From the NCBI RefSeq assembly GCF_044704955.1, contig NC_091985.1, forward strand, positions 208,568,001-208,632,000: DNA of 64,000 bases, read 5' to 3'. Positions 29,072 to 41,039 of the stretch are shown piece by piece (position 1 is the stretch's first letter; each line of letters begins with the position of its first letter). The notes beneath the pieces are model-generated. The model made no database searches. It saw only the letters and a list, made by a program, of their open reading frames with translations, and was not told the DNA's origin. Source of the DNA: Pristiophorus japonicus (lineage: Eukaryota). A program made the position numbers and the translations under genes.

Positions 29072-29863
29072 TCACTCAAACAGCTGCTGAATGAGAAGTG
29101 AACTGCTGCCGGCTCCTTTTTATAGAGCCGGAGCCGACCTGACTGAGAAAGCGCAGAGTGAGAGAGGCGGGAAGGGGAGGAGACAGTCAAGATTGACAGA
29201 CAGAGCAGTGAGCGGCCTCTGATCTTCCAGCTCCGCCTCCAGCTTTCTGCAGCCGCCAATTTCAAACCGTTTTCCGACAATAGAACCGAAACAGACTCGG
29301 AATTTATATTCAAAGCTTCCAGGAACCAGAAGCTTTTAAATAAGGTCCCGTTACAATTAACAATCGCGAATATTCCCGCCTATATACAGCCCTTTCCCTG
29401 TCAATCTCAGACCTTGTTCCATCTCCCCACACTTCCTCTCACAGAAGGGTTCAGCAGTTTACAAACACCTTATTCCAGCTGATTTGGAGAATGTGGTGTT
29501 TGGGGTTTGAGTTGTGAGGCGGGGTATCTCCGCCAGTATCACCGTCTCACAGACTCTCCCCCTGAAAATGACAATGAGCAGGAACTGAGACTGGAGCTGA
29601 ACACATCCCCAGTTAGTGAGGTCCGGGCCGGACATCCCGTTCTCAATGTGTGTTTTATTGCAGACACTGGGGGAGGGGTGAGTGCAGCCAATGTCAGCGA
29701 GTCACCAGGGATCCTGGCTTCATGTTCAATGATTTCTGTCTGAAATCTGAGCCCGGCCCCGGGACAGGGATCATTTGATTCGGGGATCAACTCTTTTCTG
29801 AGAGATGTGGGTGGCTCTGAGAAGAGCCTTTGGGTTCAGATGTTTACAAGTTGCACTTTTTAT

Positions 29864-30562
29864 TTACTTTTTGAGCGCTGCTTTCTTGGGTTTTGCTGAT
29901 TTGGCCTTGGCCCTCGGTTTTTCCACCTTTTTGGCCACCTTCACCTTTGCGCCCGAGGCCTTCTTGGGGCTCTTGGGCGTCGCCGCTGTCGCCTTCTTCC
30001 CAGCCGCAGCTTTCGCTGTCTTTTTTACTGTTGGCGCCTTCTTGGTGTTCGTTTTCTTGGCCGGAGATTTCTTGGCTGCTGGTTTCTTGGCCGGAGATTT
30101 CTTGGCTGCTGGTTTCTTGGCCGGAGATTTCTTGGCTGCTGGTTTCTTGGTCGGAGATTTCTTGGCTACTGGTTTTTTGCCTGGAGATTTCTTGGCTGCT
30201 GGTTTCTTCACCTTCGTTCCCACTTTCCCCTGGTTTTCCTTCTTAGCGACTCTGAAGGAACCCGAGGCGCCCGTGCCCTTGGTCTGCACCAGGAAGCCAT
30301 TTGTCACATTCCTCTTGATACTGAACCTGATCTGGGACCCGCGCTTCTCCACATTCACGCCTTTGGCCGCCAGAGCCTTCTTTATCGCGGACAGGGACAT
30401 CCCCTTGCGATCGCCGCCATCGGCCACAACCTTGAGGATCTGTTCGCCCAACGTGGGACCGGCTGGCTTGGAGCGGGGAGCTGGCTTCTTCTTCTTGCTG
30501 AGAGCCTTGGTTTGAGCGGCGGCGGCAGGAGGAGCCGTTTCGGCGGCTGCAGTGTCAGTCAT
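29864..30562 (-). CDS. H1: Linker histone H1 (232 aa)
   Basis: [12 protein letters not shown].. globular domain ending [13 protein letters not shown], Lys/Ala/Pro tail. Stem-loop at 29813-29828. Confidence 0.95.
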   Translation of the reverse strand: MTDTAAAETAPPAAAAQTKALSKKKKPAPRSKPAGPTLGEQILKVVADGGDRKGMSLSAIKKALAAKGVNVEKRGSQIRFSIKRNVTNGFLVQTKGTGASGSFRVAKKENQGKVGTKVKKPAAKKSPGKKPVAKKSPTKKPAAKKSPAKKPAAKKSPAKKPAAKKSPAKKTNTKKAPTVKKTAKAAAGKKATAATPKSPKKASGAKVKVAKKVEKPRAKAKSAKPKKAALKK

Positions 30563-30639
30563 GTCCGCGACTCTGTGAAAAATCTCTCTGACAGTCAGAG
30601 CTCGGTCAGAAATGAAACGGGAGGCGGCGGCACAGAGCA

Positions 30640-30713
30640 ACTTAAAGGCAGCGAGCGGACGGGGCGGAGACATCCTGCTGTCAGCTCCCCGCCCCTCCAG
30701 CCTCTCTGTGTTT
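30640..30713 (-). promoter_or_regulatory. H1 promoter: H1 box, GC box, TATA-like
   Basis: AAACACA at 30707-30713, GGGGCGGGG at 30687-30695, tttaag at about 30641-30646. Confidence 0.7.
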
Positions 30714-33700
30714 CTCTCTCCTCATTAACTGTCCGATTCCAATTCAACCCGGGCCCTCCAGATTCCCAGACTGGCCTCTTTCTGTCCCGAAGACCGGGAT
30801 GTTTGTTGTCGAGAAAGCTTCCTCCGAATTGAAGGCAGCAATTTAGATTTAAACCCGTTTCATTGCTGCACTGATCGCGCTCTCTCACCCGATTGCGGAC
30901 ATTTTCTTCGTTTTTCGATTGAAATTTGAAATCACATCAAACTTAACGTTTAATTCCCACTTTAGACCTGAGCAGGGCAGCAGGGCGATCCTGTGACAGG
31001 AAAATCTTTGAATTTTATACAAGAGGGACTCTGGAATCCGGCGATGAGACGGACACACAAACACAGTGACATTAGTCTCACCGGCCCGCCCCTTTAACAC
31101 ACTCTCGCTCACACAATGTTCACATCTGCACATTCACAGCACAAACTATCCCAGATTTACAGCTCCCAGCACAGGGTTACCTCTCCGCTCGGCCTGTGCT
31201 GCCGATTCTCGGGGTTTTTTAAGTTTCCCAGCTCAGTAAGTGTTAAACACTCTGAGGTCGGCGCTCCTCAGTGTCTGTTCCCCAGATTCAGGGGCAGGAG
31301 CCAATCACAGCTGTGGCTGGCTTAACCTATATATGCTGTTAAGTTGTTACATTGTTCGTACGCAGAAATATGTTTGATTAACGTGAAAATAGAAATTATG
31401 AGTTCACCGCCCATCCACCCTCTCTTTGTCTGTCTCTATCCTCCGAAAATGAGGGACATATCACAGTAACTGGTGAACTATCCATACCATGCTCACCACC
31501 CAGAGATGGCTATCAGAGGGAGCGACAGAGAGACAGACACAGAATCAGTCTTAAACTCCCTAACTGTGTCTCCATATTACGCTCAATAATAGTATCACAC
31601 ATTCATGTACAGCACCACCGAAAGAGAGGGAAAGAGACACATTATTAGTCTTACACTTGGTATCAGTGTCTCCATATTACGCTCAGTAACAGTGCCACAC
31701 CGTCATGTATAGCAACAGAGAGAGAAACAGAAACAGTATCATAGAAACATAGAAAATAGGTGCAGGAGTAGGCCATTCGGCCCTTCAAGCCTGCACCACC
31801 ATTCAATATGATCATAGCTGATCATGCAACTTCAGTACCCCATTCCTGCTTTCTCTCCATACCCCTTGATCCCTTTCATAGAAACATAGAAAATAGGTGC
31901 AGGAGTAGGCCATTCGGCCCTTCTAGCCTGCACAGCCATTCAATGAGTTCATGGCTGAACATGCAACTTCAGTACCCCATTCCTGCTTTCTCGCCATACC
32001 CCTTGATCCCCCTAGTAGTAAGGACTACATCTAACTCCTTTTTGAATATATTTAGTGAATTGGCCTCAACAACTTTCTGTGGTAGAGAATTCCACAGGTT
32101 CACCACTCTCTGGGTGAAGAAGTTTCTCCTCATCTCGGTCCTAAATGACTTACAACTTATCCTTAGACTGTGACCCCTAGTTCTGGACTTCCCCAACATT
32201 GGGAACATTCTTCCTGCATCTAACCTGTCTAAACCCATCAGAATTTTAAACGTTTCTATGAGGTCCCCTCTCATTCTTCTGAACTCCAGTGAATACAAGC
32301 CCAGTTGATCCAGTCTTTCTTGATAGGTCAGTCCCGCCATCCCGGGAATCAGTCTGGTGAACCTTCGCTGCACTCCCTCAATAGCAAGAATGTCCTTCCT
32401 CAGGTTAGGAGACAAAAACTGTACACAATACTCCAGGTGTGGCCTCACCAAGGCCCTGTACAACTGTAGCAACACCTCCCTGTCCCTGTACTCAAATCCC
32501 CTCGCTATGAAGGCCAACATGCCATTTGCTTTCTTAACCGCCTGCTGTACCTGCATGCCAACCTTCAATGACTGGTGTACCATGACACCCAGGTCTCATT
32601 GCACCTCTCCTTTTCCTAATCTGTCACCATTCAGATAATAGTCCGTCTCTCTGTTTTTACCACACATTTATCCACATTATACTTCATCTGCCATGCATTT
32701 GCCCACTCACCTAACCTATCCAAGTCGCTCTGCAGCCTCATAGCATCCTCCTCACAGCTCACACTGCCACCCAACTTAGTGTCATCCGCAAATTTGGAGA
32801 TACTACATTTAATCCCCTTGTCCAAATCATTAATGTACAATGTAAATAGCTGGGGCCCCAGCACAGAACCCCACTAGTCACCGCCTGCCATTCTGAAAAG
32901 TACCCATTTACTCCTACTCTTTGCTTCCTGTCTATCAACCAGTTCTCAATCCATGTCAGCACACTACCCCCAATCCCATATGCTTTAACTTTGCACATTA
33001 ATCTCTTGTGTGAGACCTTGTCGAAAGCCTTATGAAAGTCCACATATACCACATCAACTGGTTATCCCTTGTCCACTCTACTGGAAACATCCTCAAAAAA
33101 TTCCAGAAGATTTGTCAAGCATGATTTCCCTTTCACAAATCCATGCTGACTTGGACCTATCATGTCACCTCTTTCCAGATGCGCTGCTATGACATCCTTA
33201 ATAATTGATTCCATCATTTTACCCACTACCGATGTAAGGCTGACCGGTCTATAATTCCCTGTTTTCTCTCTCCCTCTTTTTTTAAAAAGTGGGGTTACAT
33301 TGGCTACCCTCCACTCGATAGAAACTGATCCAGAGTCAATGGAATGTTGGAAAATGACTGTCAATGCATCCGCTATTTCCAAGGCCACCTCCTTAAGTAC
33401 TCTGGGATGCAGTCCATCAGGCCCTGGGGATTTATCGGCCTTCAATCCCATCAATTTCCCCAACACAATTTCCCGACTAATAAGGATTTCCCTCAGTTCC
33501 TCCTCCTTACTAGACCCTCTGACCACTTTTATATCTGGAAGGTTGCTGGTGTCCTCCTTAGAGAATACTGAACCAAAGTACTTGTTCAATTGGTCTGCAA
33601 CCCCTTAAGTATCATTCGCCAATCTATCCTAGCCAATTCACGCCTCATACCTTCAAAGTTACCCTTCTTTAAGTTCTGGACCATGGTCTCTGAATTAACT

Positions 33701-34532
33701 GTTTCATTCTCCATCCTAATGCAGAATTCCACCATATTATGGTCACTCTTCCCCAAGGGGCCTCGCACAACGAGATTGCTAATTAATCCTCTCTCATTAC
33801 ACAACACCCAGTCTAAGATGGCCTCCCCTCTAGTTGGTTCCTCGACATATTGGTCTAGAAAACCATCCCTTATGCACTCCAGGAAATCCTCCTCCACCGT
33901 ATTGCTTCCAATTTGGTTAGCCCAATCTATGTGCATATTAAAGTCACCCATTATAACTGCTGAACCCTTATTGCATGCACCCCTAGTTTCCTGTTTGATG
34001 CCCTCCCCAACATCACTACAACTGTTTGGAGGTCTGTACACAACTCCCACTAACGTTTTTTGCCCTTTGGTGTTCTGCAGCTCTACCCATATAGATTCCA
34101 CATCATCCAAGCTAATGTCCTTCCTAACTATTGCATTAATCTCCTCTTTAACCAGCAATGCTACCCCACCTCCTTTTCCTTTTATTCTATCCTTCCTGAA
34201 TGTTGAGTACCCCTGGATGTTGAGTTCCCAGCCTTGATCATCCTGGAGCCATGTCTCCGTAATCCCAATCACATCATATTTGTTAACATCTATTTGCACA
34301 GTTAATTCATCCACCTTATTGCGGATACTCCTTGCATTAAGACACAAAGCCTTCAGGCTTGTTTTTTTAACACCCTTTGTCCTTTTAGAATTTTGCTGTG
34401 CAGTGGCCCTTTTTGTTCTTTGCCTTGGGTTTCTCTGCCCTCCACGTGTACTCATCTCCTTTCTGTCTTTTGCTTTTGTCTCCTTTTTGTTTCCCTCTGT
34501 CTCCCTGCATTGGTTCCCATCCCCCTGCCATA

Positions 34533-35481
34533 TTAGTTGAACTCCTCCCCAACAGCACTAGCAAACACTCCCCCTAGGACATTGGTTCCGGTCCTGCCCA
34601 GGTGCAGACCATCCGGTTTGTACTGGTCCCACCTCCCCCAGAACCGGTTCCAATGCCCCAGGAATTTGAATCCCTCCCTGCTGCACCACTGCTGAAGCCA
34701 CGTATTCATCTGTGCTATCCTGCGATTCCTACTCTGACTAGCACGTGGCACTGGTAGCAATCCCGAGATTACTACTTTTGAGGTCCTACTTTTTAATTTA
34801 GCTCCTAGCTCCTTAAATTCGTTTTGTAGGACCTCATCCCTTTTTTTTATCTATGTCGTTGGTACTAATGTGCACCACGACAACTGGCTGTTCTCCCTCC
34901 CTTTTTAGAATGTCCTGCATCCGCTCCGAGACATCCTTGACCCTTGCACCAGGGAGGCAACATACCATCCTGGAGTCTCGGTTGCGGCCGCAGAAACGTC
35001 TATCTATTCCCCTTACAATTGAATCCCCTATCACTATCGCTCTCCCACTCTTTTTCCTGCCCTCCTGTGCAACAGAGCCAGCCACAGTGCCATGAACTTG
35101 GCTGCTGCTGCCCTCCCCTGATGAGTCATCCCTCTCAACAGTACTCAAAGCAGTGTATCTGTTTTGCAGGGGGATGACCACAGGGGCCCCCTGCACTACC
35201 TTCCTTGCACTGCTCTTCCTGCTGGTCTTCCATTCCCTATATGACTGTGGACCCTTCACCTGTGGTACGACCAACTCGCTACACGTGCTACTCACGTCAT
35301 TCTCAGCATCGTGGATGCTCCAGAGTGAATCCACCCTCAGCTCCAACTCCACAACGTGGTCTGTCAGGAGCTTGAGCTGGACACACTTCCTGCAGATATA
35401 GTCGTCACGGACACTGGTGTCGTCCCTGAGTTCCCACATGGTACAGGAGGAGCATAACATGTGACCGAGCTGTCCTGCCAT
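34533..35481 (-). pseudogene. CR1 ORF1 (Cys zinc finger/leucine zipper and SGNH esterase), frameshifted at an A8 run
   Basis: CSSC..CRKC, IVIGDSIVR, STND, DGLHL. The frame changes at about 34841-34848. Confidence 0.88.
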
Positions 35482-35661
35482 GACTTAACCCTTAGATAGG
35501 CAACAACAATGCTAAAGTTTACTCACTGTTTTTGAAGAGAAAAAAGAAAAACGAAAAACTACTCACCAATCACCAGCCAATCACTTACCCCCTTGGCTGT
35601 GATGTCACCTTTCTGTTTCTTTCTACTTCTTTTTTGCCTTCTCCCTGTAGCTGCACCGGCA

Positions 35662-36015
35662 CGCCTCTCCCCGCACCTCTCGCGGACTCTGGGCCCCGGA
35701 CTCCCTGCTGTGCCTTTTATAGGCCTCTCACCGAAGTCCCGACTGCCTCTCCATGCACCTCTTGCGGACTCTGGGCCCCGGACTCCCTGCTGTGCCTTTT
35801 ATAGGCCTCTCACCGAAGTCCCGACTGCCTCTCCATGCACCTCTCGCGGACTCTGGGCCCCGGACTTCCTGCTGTGCCTTTTATAGGCCTCTCACCGAAG
35901 TCCCGACTGCCTCTCCACATCCCTCTCGCCGACTCTGGGCCCTGGACTCCCTGCTGTGCCTTTTATAGGCCTCACACCGAAGTCCCGACTGTCTCTCCAC
36001 GCACCTCTCGCCGAC
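35662..36015 (-). repeat. 82-bp tandem monomers (about 4.3 copies) in the CR1 5' UTR, each with TATAAAAG
   Basis: Period 82 (35684, 35766, 35848, 35930); cttttata at 35714, 35796, 35878 and 35960. Confidence 0.93.
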
Positions 36016-37199
36016 GCCATCAGGGCCATATCTAACTCCCTTTTGAATATATCTAACGAACTGGCCTCAACAACTTTCTGTGGTAGAAAATTCCACAGGT
36101 TAACAATTCTCTGAGTGAAGAAGTTTCTCCTCATCTCGGTCCTAAATGGCTTACCCCTTATCCTTAGACTGTGACCTCTGGTTCTGGACATCCCCAACAT
36201 CGGGAACATTCTTCCTGCATCTAACCTGTCCAATCCCGTCATAATTTTATATGTTTCTATGAGATTCCCTCTCATTCTTCTAAATTCCAGAGAATATAAG
36301 TCTATTCTATCCAGTCTTTCTTCATATGTCAGTCCTGCCATCCCGGGAATCAGTCTGGTGAACCTTTGCTGCACTCTCTCAATAGCAAGAATGTCCTTCC
36401 TCAGATTAGAAGACCAAAACTGTACACAACATTCAAGGTGTGACCTCACCAAGGCCCTGTGCAACTGCAGTAAGACCTCCCTGCTCCTATTGTGTTGTAC
36501 TCATAAGTGTTTCCACATCACGCGAAATAACAGAATCCCGCCTTCACAGACAGTACAAGAGAAAGGGGAAAGCGACAGAGAGAGAAAGAGTGGGCTGAGA
36601 GAGAGAGACAGGGGAGTGCGAGGCAGGACGGTGAGACACAGAAACGTGCACAGTATCAGTTCTAGACTGACCTGTGAGGTCCGGTTTTATCCTGAAAGAT
36701 CCCATTGGAGGGACAGAAGATGCAGTCCCCTCTCTCACTGATATTGTACCACAGACAGACACATTATTAGCCCCACACTGCGGAACAGTGTCAGAGAGTG
36801 AGAGAAACAAGGTCCCACATTTAACCCTCGCTTGCCTGTTGTACTCTCTGTAATCTTGCAGCTCAGGGCCGTTCGGTATTACTCTCAGTGACCGAATGTT
36901 TCACTCTGATTAAATTAAACTGGGACAGTTTCTGTCAGATATTGACTCCTGCACAGTTCCAGCAAACACTCCTACTCTGCCGTCCCTCCGATGTTTCTGC
37001 AGGATTACTTTGTGAGGACAGGCTCACGAAGAGAAAAAAACCCTGCACGGAATGATCACAAATTGAGCATCTCAAAGGGGCAAGGCCCCCAGCTTTAAAC
37101 ATTCTCTGTCCTTGCCCCCCAGGCCCAGTTCCTTTGCTCAGATTCTGATAAAAGTAAATCGAGAAAAGTGCACTTTGCTTTTTGAAGGCTGAATTATTG

Positions 37200-38270
37200 C
37201 AGAGCTGCGCATGCGCGATTAAGCCCCGAACCTTGAGTCGATTTCCAGTGAGCAGAAGAGCGCATGCGCCTTCCCCTCCCCCAGCCCAGCCTGTGCGCGC
37301 CATTCAGTCAGTGAACGGAAGATGGTTTAAACAGCCGGGAATGGACACACCGCGGTCTCGGGGTAAGGCAGCGAGCAGCAGCCTCCTTACAGCAGCACAT
37401 CGCTTTGGGAGCGTGTCCGCAGATGGGCTCAGAGATCGGCACTGAGTCCGGGGGAAGTTCAGGGGGAGTCGGGGTCTGTGTGTAACAGGCGGAGTGGAGC
37501 AAGAACTGGTCTCAGTGCGTGGAGTGAGTGGGGGAAGGGAGAGACCATTCTCGGGCTGTGTGTGGACAGCGTGTGTCCCGGGTAAGGGAGACAGAATGGG
37601 AAGGATCTGCTGTTTACAATCATTGCTGCTTTCTCCCTGCAAACCAGTAGTGAACGTTCCTGCTTTAGTTCCAGTCTCACCGTGTTTGTTGTCATTGGAC
37701 AACGAGCGGTGGAAGCAGAGCCGGACACTGAGGATTTATACAAGGAGCATCTATTGCAGGCACCGGGTGAGAAATGTGAAGGACACGTTTTAAACAGCGG
37801 CTCTTTGTTTCTGGTTGAACGGTTAGTGCCCTGGGAGAGGGGAGTAGCAATCTGAGCTGTGTAAAAGTTCGTGCTCCATCGGGTAGTCCCATTCCTGAAG
37901 CAGGGGTTGGGTTGTGTCTGGATGTCAGTAAATTGCTGTAAATCTGCCCAACACGCTTGGTGTGCAGAAGCTCAGTACTGCAGTACTGCAGTGGAGTCAG
38001 ACACTGACACTGTTTGTATCGCTGGCTTCCCTTTGTGAATGTTCATAATGAATATTAATTGAACGATTACATTCATCACTTTAGTCTTTTCTACCTCTCC
38101 TGTTCTTGAATGATCAGAGGTACCTTATCCTCCTACAGGCAAGAAATTGAAGGAACCAGAACAAATGTGAAGTTTCCTCCACCTGAGACATAAGGAACAG
38201 TGCAACCAGCTCCTTCTCACACACAATAGGTACGGTACCTATCACACTGTGCGGGTATACAGACAGGTTA
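37200..38270 (+). promoter_or_regulatory. Module copy C (most diverged) with NRF1 x2 and ETS/YY1 motifs
   Basis: gcgcatgcgc at about 37207 and 37260, cggaagatgg at about 37316; collinear with copies A, B and D. Confidence 0.7.
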
Positions 38271-38289
38271 TCCGAATTAAACATGTTTG

Positions 38290-40110
38290 TGGTGCTGAAT
38301 GGCCGCCTCCTATTCCTGTGTAACAGGCCCGAGGGGGCTGATAACCGTCTCCTGTTCCTAAATTAACAGACTGGAGATACTGAGTGGCCTTCTCGTGTTC
38401 CTAATGTTATAAACACGAGGGACTTATTGGCCTCCTCCTGTTCATAGGTACCACCTCTAGGGGCAGAATGACCTCCTCCTGTACCTATGTATCAGGCTAG
38501 AATGGGATGAATGGCCTCCTTTAGTTCTGATGTAACAGGTTCCAGGGGCTGAATAGCCTCCTCCAGTTCCTATGTAACAAGCTTGAGGGGCTGAATGGCC
38601 TCCTCCTGTTCCCATGAAACAATCCCATGGGGATGATTGCCTTTGTCCTATTCCTAATGTAACAGACCCAAGGGGCAGAATTGCATCATCCTATTGCTTT
38701 TTAAATCCAGTTGCTGAATAGCCCTCTCCAGTTCCTAATATAATCGGCTCGAGGAGCTGAATGGCCCTCTCCAGTTCCTAATGTAATAGGCTCGAGGAGC
38801 TGAATGGCCCTCTCCAGTTCCTAATGTAATAGGCTCGAGCAACTGAATGACCCGCTCCAGTTCCTAATGTAATAGGCTCGAGGAGCTGAATGGCCCTCTC
38901 CAGTTCCTAACGTAATAGGCTCGAGGAGCTGAATGACCCCCTCCAGTTCCTAATGTAATAGGCTTGAGGAGCTGAATGACCCCCTCCAGTTCCTAATGTA
39001 ATAGGCTCGAGGAGCTGAATGGCCCTCTCCAGTTCCTAACGTAATAGGCTCGAGGAGCTGAATGACCCCCTCCAGTTCCTAATGTAATAGGCTCGAGCAA
39101 CTGAATGACCCGCTCCAGTTCCTAATGTAATAGGCTCGAGGAGCTGAATGGCCCTCTCCAGTTCCTAACGTAATAGGCTCGAGGAGCTGATGACCCCCTC
39201 CAGTTCCTAATGTAATAGGCTTGAGGAGCTGAATGGCTTTCTCCAGTTCCTAATATAATAAGCTCGAAGAGCTGAATGGCCTCCTCCTGCTCCTATATAA
39301 CATGCAGGAGGGGCTGAATGGCCTCCTCCAATTCCTCTGTAACAGGCTTGAGGGGATGAATGGTCACCTCCTGTTCCTGGTTAACAGTTCCGAGGGGTGG
39401 AATTGGCCTACTCCTATTCCTATGTAACAGACCCGAGGGACTGAGTGGTCTTCTCCTGTTCCTAATGTAAGAAGCTCGAGGGGATGAAAAACGTCCTGCT
39501 GTTCCCATGTCACAGAATCAAAGGCTGAGTGGTTTGCTTGTGTTTCTAATGTTAGAGAGGCTGAATGGACTCTTCTTCTTCCCACATAACAGAATGGAAG
39601 GGCAGAATGGCATCCTCCTGATCCAATGTAACAGGCTCAAGGGGAAGAATGGCCTCATCCTGTTCCTGTCTAACAACATTCGGTGCTGAACAGCCACCTC
39701 CTGTTCCTGTGTAATAAGTTAGATGGGATGAGTGGCCTCTTCCAGTTCCAATATAACATGTGCGACTGGCTTATTGGCCTCTTCCAGTTCCTATAACATT
39801 GTCGGTGGGCTGAATGGCCTCCTCCAGTTCCTACATAACACGCTTGAGGGTCTGAATGGCCTACCCCTGTTCCGATGTGAAAGGCTCCAGAGGATGGATG
39901 GCCGCCTCTATTCCTGTGTAACAGTATCCAGTCGATGCATCGCCTCCATCAATTCCTTTATTAGCATGGCTGAGGTGCTGAATGCCCACCTCCTGTTACT
40001 TATGTAACAGGCTCGAGGGACTGAATGGCCTCCTCCTGTTCCTTATGTAACAGGCTCGAAGGGACTGAATGGCCTCCTCCTGTTCCTTATGTAACAGGCT
40101 CGAAGGTATG
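38290..40110 (+). repeat. 42-43-bp satellite derived from the CR1 3'-terminal motif, about 40 copies
   Basis: Core unit ggctcgaggagctgaatggccctctccagttcctaatgtaata, compared with the LINE tail ggctagaagggctgaatggcctactcctgcacctat at 5468-5503. Confidence 0.92.
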
Positions 40111-40479
40111 ATTTGCCTCCAGGTTCCATGTGCTGAAAGGCCTCCTCAAGTTCACAGATCCAGGGACTGTTCTTCCCCATTGTTTTGGAAATAGCATCGG
40201 GCAGTAAACAGGAGCTCACTGCTTCTTGCCCACCAGCTCTCTGATTGGGCTCCTTGTGCTGATTATGTTTTCTCATCTCGCTCAAATGTTGCTTTCTTTT
40301 CCATCACCTCTAGAGTTATTAGCCAAGTTTGTATCGAGCACATCGTGATCTCACCAGTAACAGCACTTTTCTGATGGTTATCCACGAGGCTGCTTCTGAC
40401 ATTTTCTTCTGCGTAAATGTTAGCCACCGTAAGTAACTGAAAAGCTTCATTTCTACAGCAACAACAAACACTTGCATTT

Positions 40480-40930
40480 ATGACAGATACAGAGTGAATC
40501 CCACACTCACTCACTGTACCACAGACACATATGGTTTATATTATGTACTAATAGCTCGTCTCTACTCAAAATATTTCTGAATCGCATTCATCCAATATAA
40601 TGAGAGAAAAAAAATCACAGATATAGGATAAAACACACTCTCACATACCAGAAGCTGACAGATACAGAATAAAACCAACGCACACATACCAGAAACTGAC
40701 AGATACAGAATAAATCCCACTCAGATACTAGAAAATGACAGGTTCAGAATAAAACCCACACTCACATACCAGAAACTGACAGGTACAGAATAAAACCCAC
40801 ATTCACATCACAGAAACTGACCGGTACAGTATGAAACCCACATCCACGTATCTGAACAATAATATGCAAGTAAAACCCACATCCGCCTATTAGAAACTGA
40901 CAGGGAAACACTCACACACCAGAGACTGAC
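40480..40930. repeat. 41-bp minisatellite
   Basis: Same family as 1670-2135; period 41 (40741 to 40782). Confidence 0.9.
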
Positions 40931-41039
40931 GGAACGAATAGAACAGGTTAGTCACTCTTACTCCAGTGTCAGGCTCACACAATTGTTTATTCAGTAATTC
41001 GGATGATAACTAACATGCTCTCAATGTGGTCCATTTAAT

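Larger units (their letters stand above)
31877..36015 (-). mobile_element. CR1 copy 3 with complete 5' end, ORF1 and internally deleted ORF2
   Basis: 5' monomer repeats, ORF1 at 35481-34533, ORF2 with an approximately 394-bp deletion at about 33598 and frameshifts, and a 3' tail. Confidence 0.95.
31740..36489 (-). mobile_element. Older CR1 3' fragment split in two (31740-31876 and 36016-36489)
   Basis: Joining ...cttgatcccttt to gccatcagggccatatctaac restores a continuous CR1 3' end (compare about 26445-26480). Confidence 0.85.

Noticed and set aside
29864-30673. N-terminal extensions of histone ORFs in the ORF track (H1, H2A 22503, H2B 24386, H3 27832)
   Set aside because: The upstream starts lie in promoter or leader sequence; canonical ATGs were used instead.
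38290-40110. CRISPR-like appearance of this and other regular arrays
   Set aside because: Units are contiguous with no unique spacers, there are no cas genes, and the context is vertebrate.
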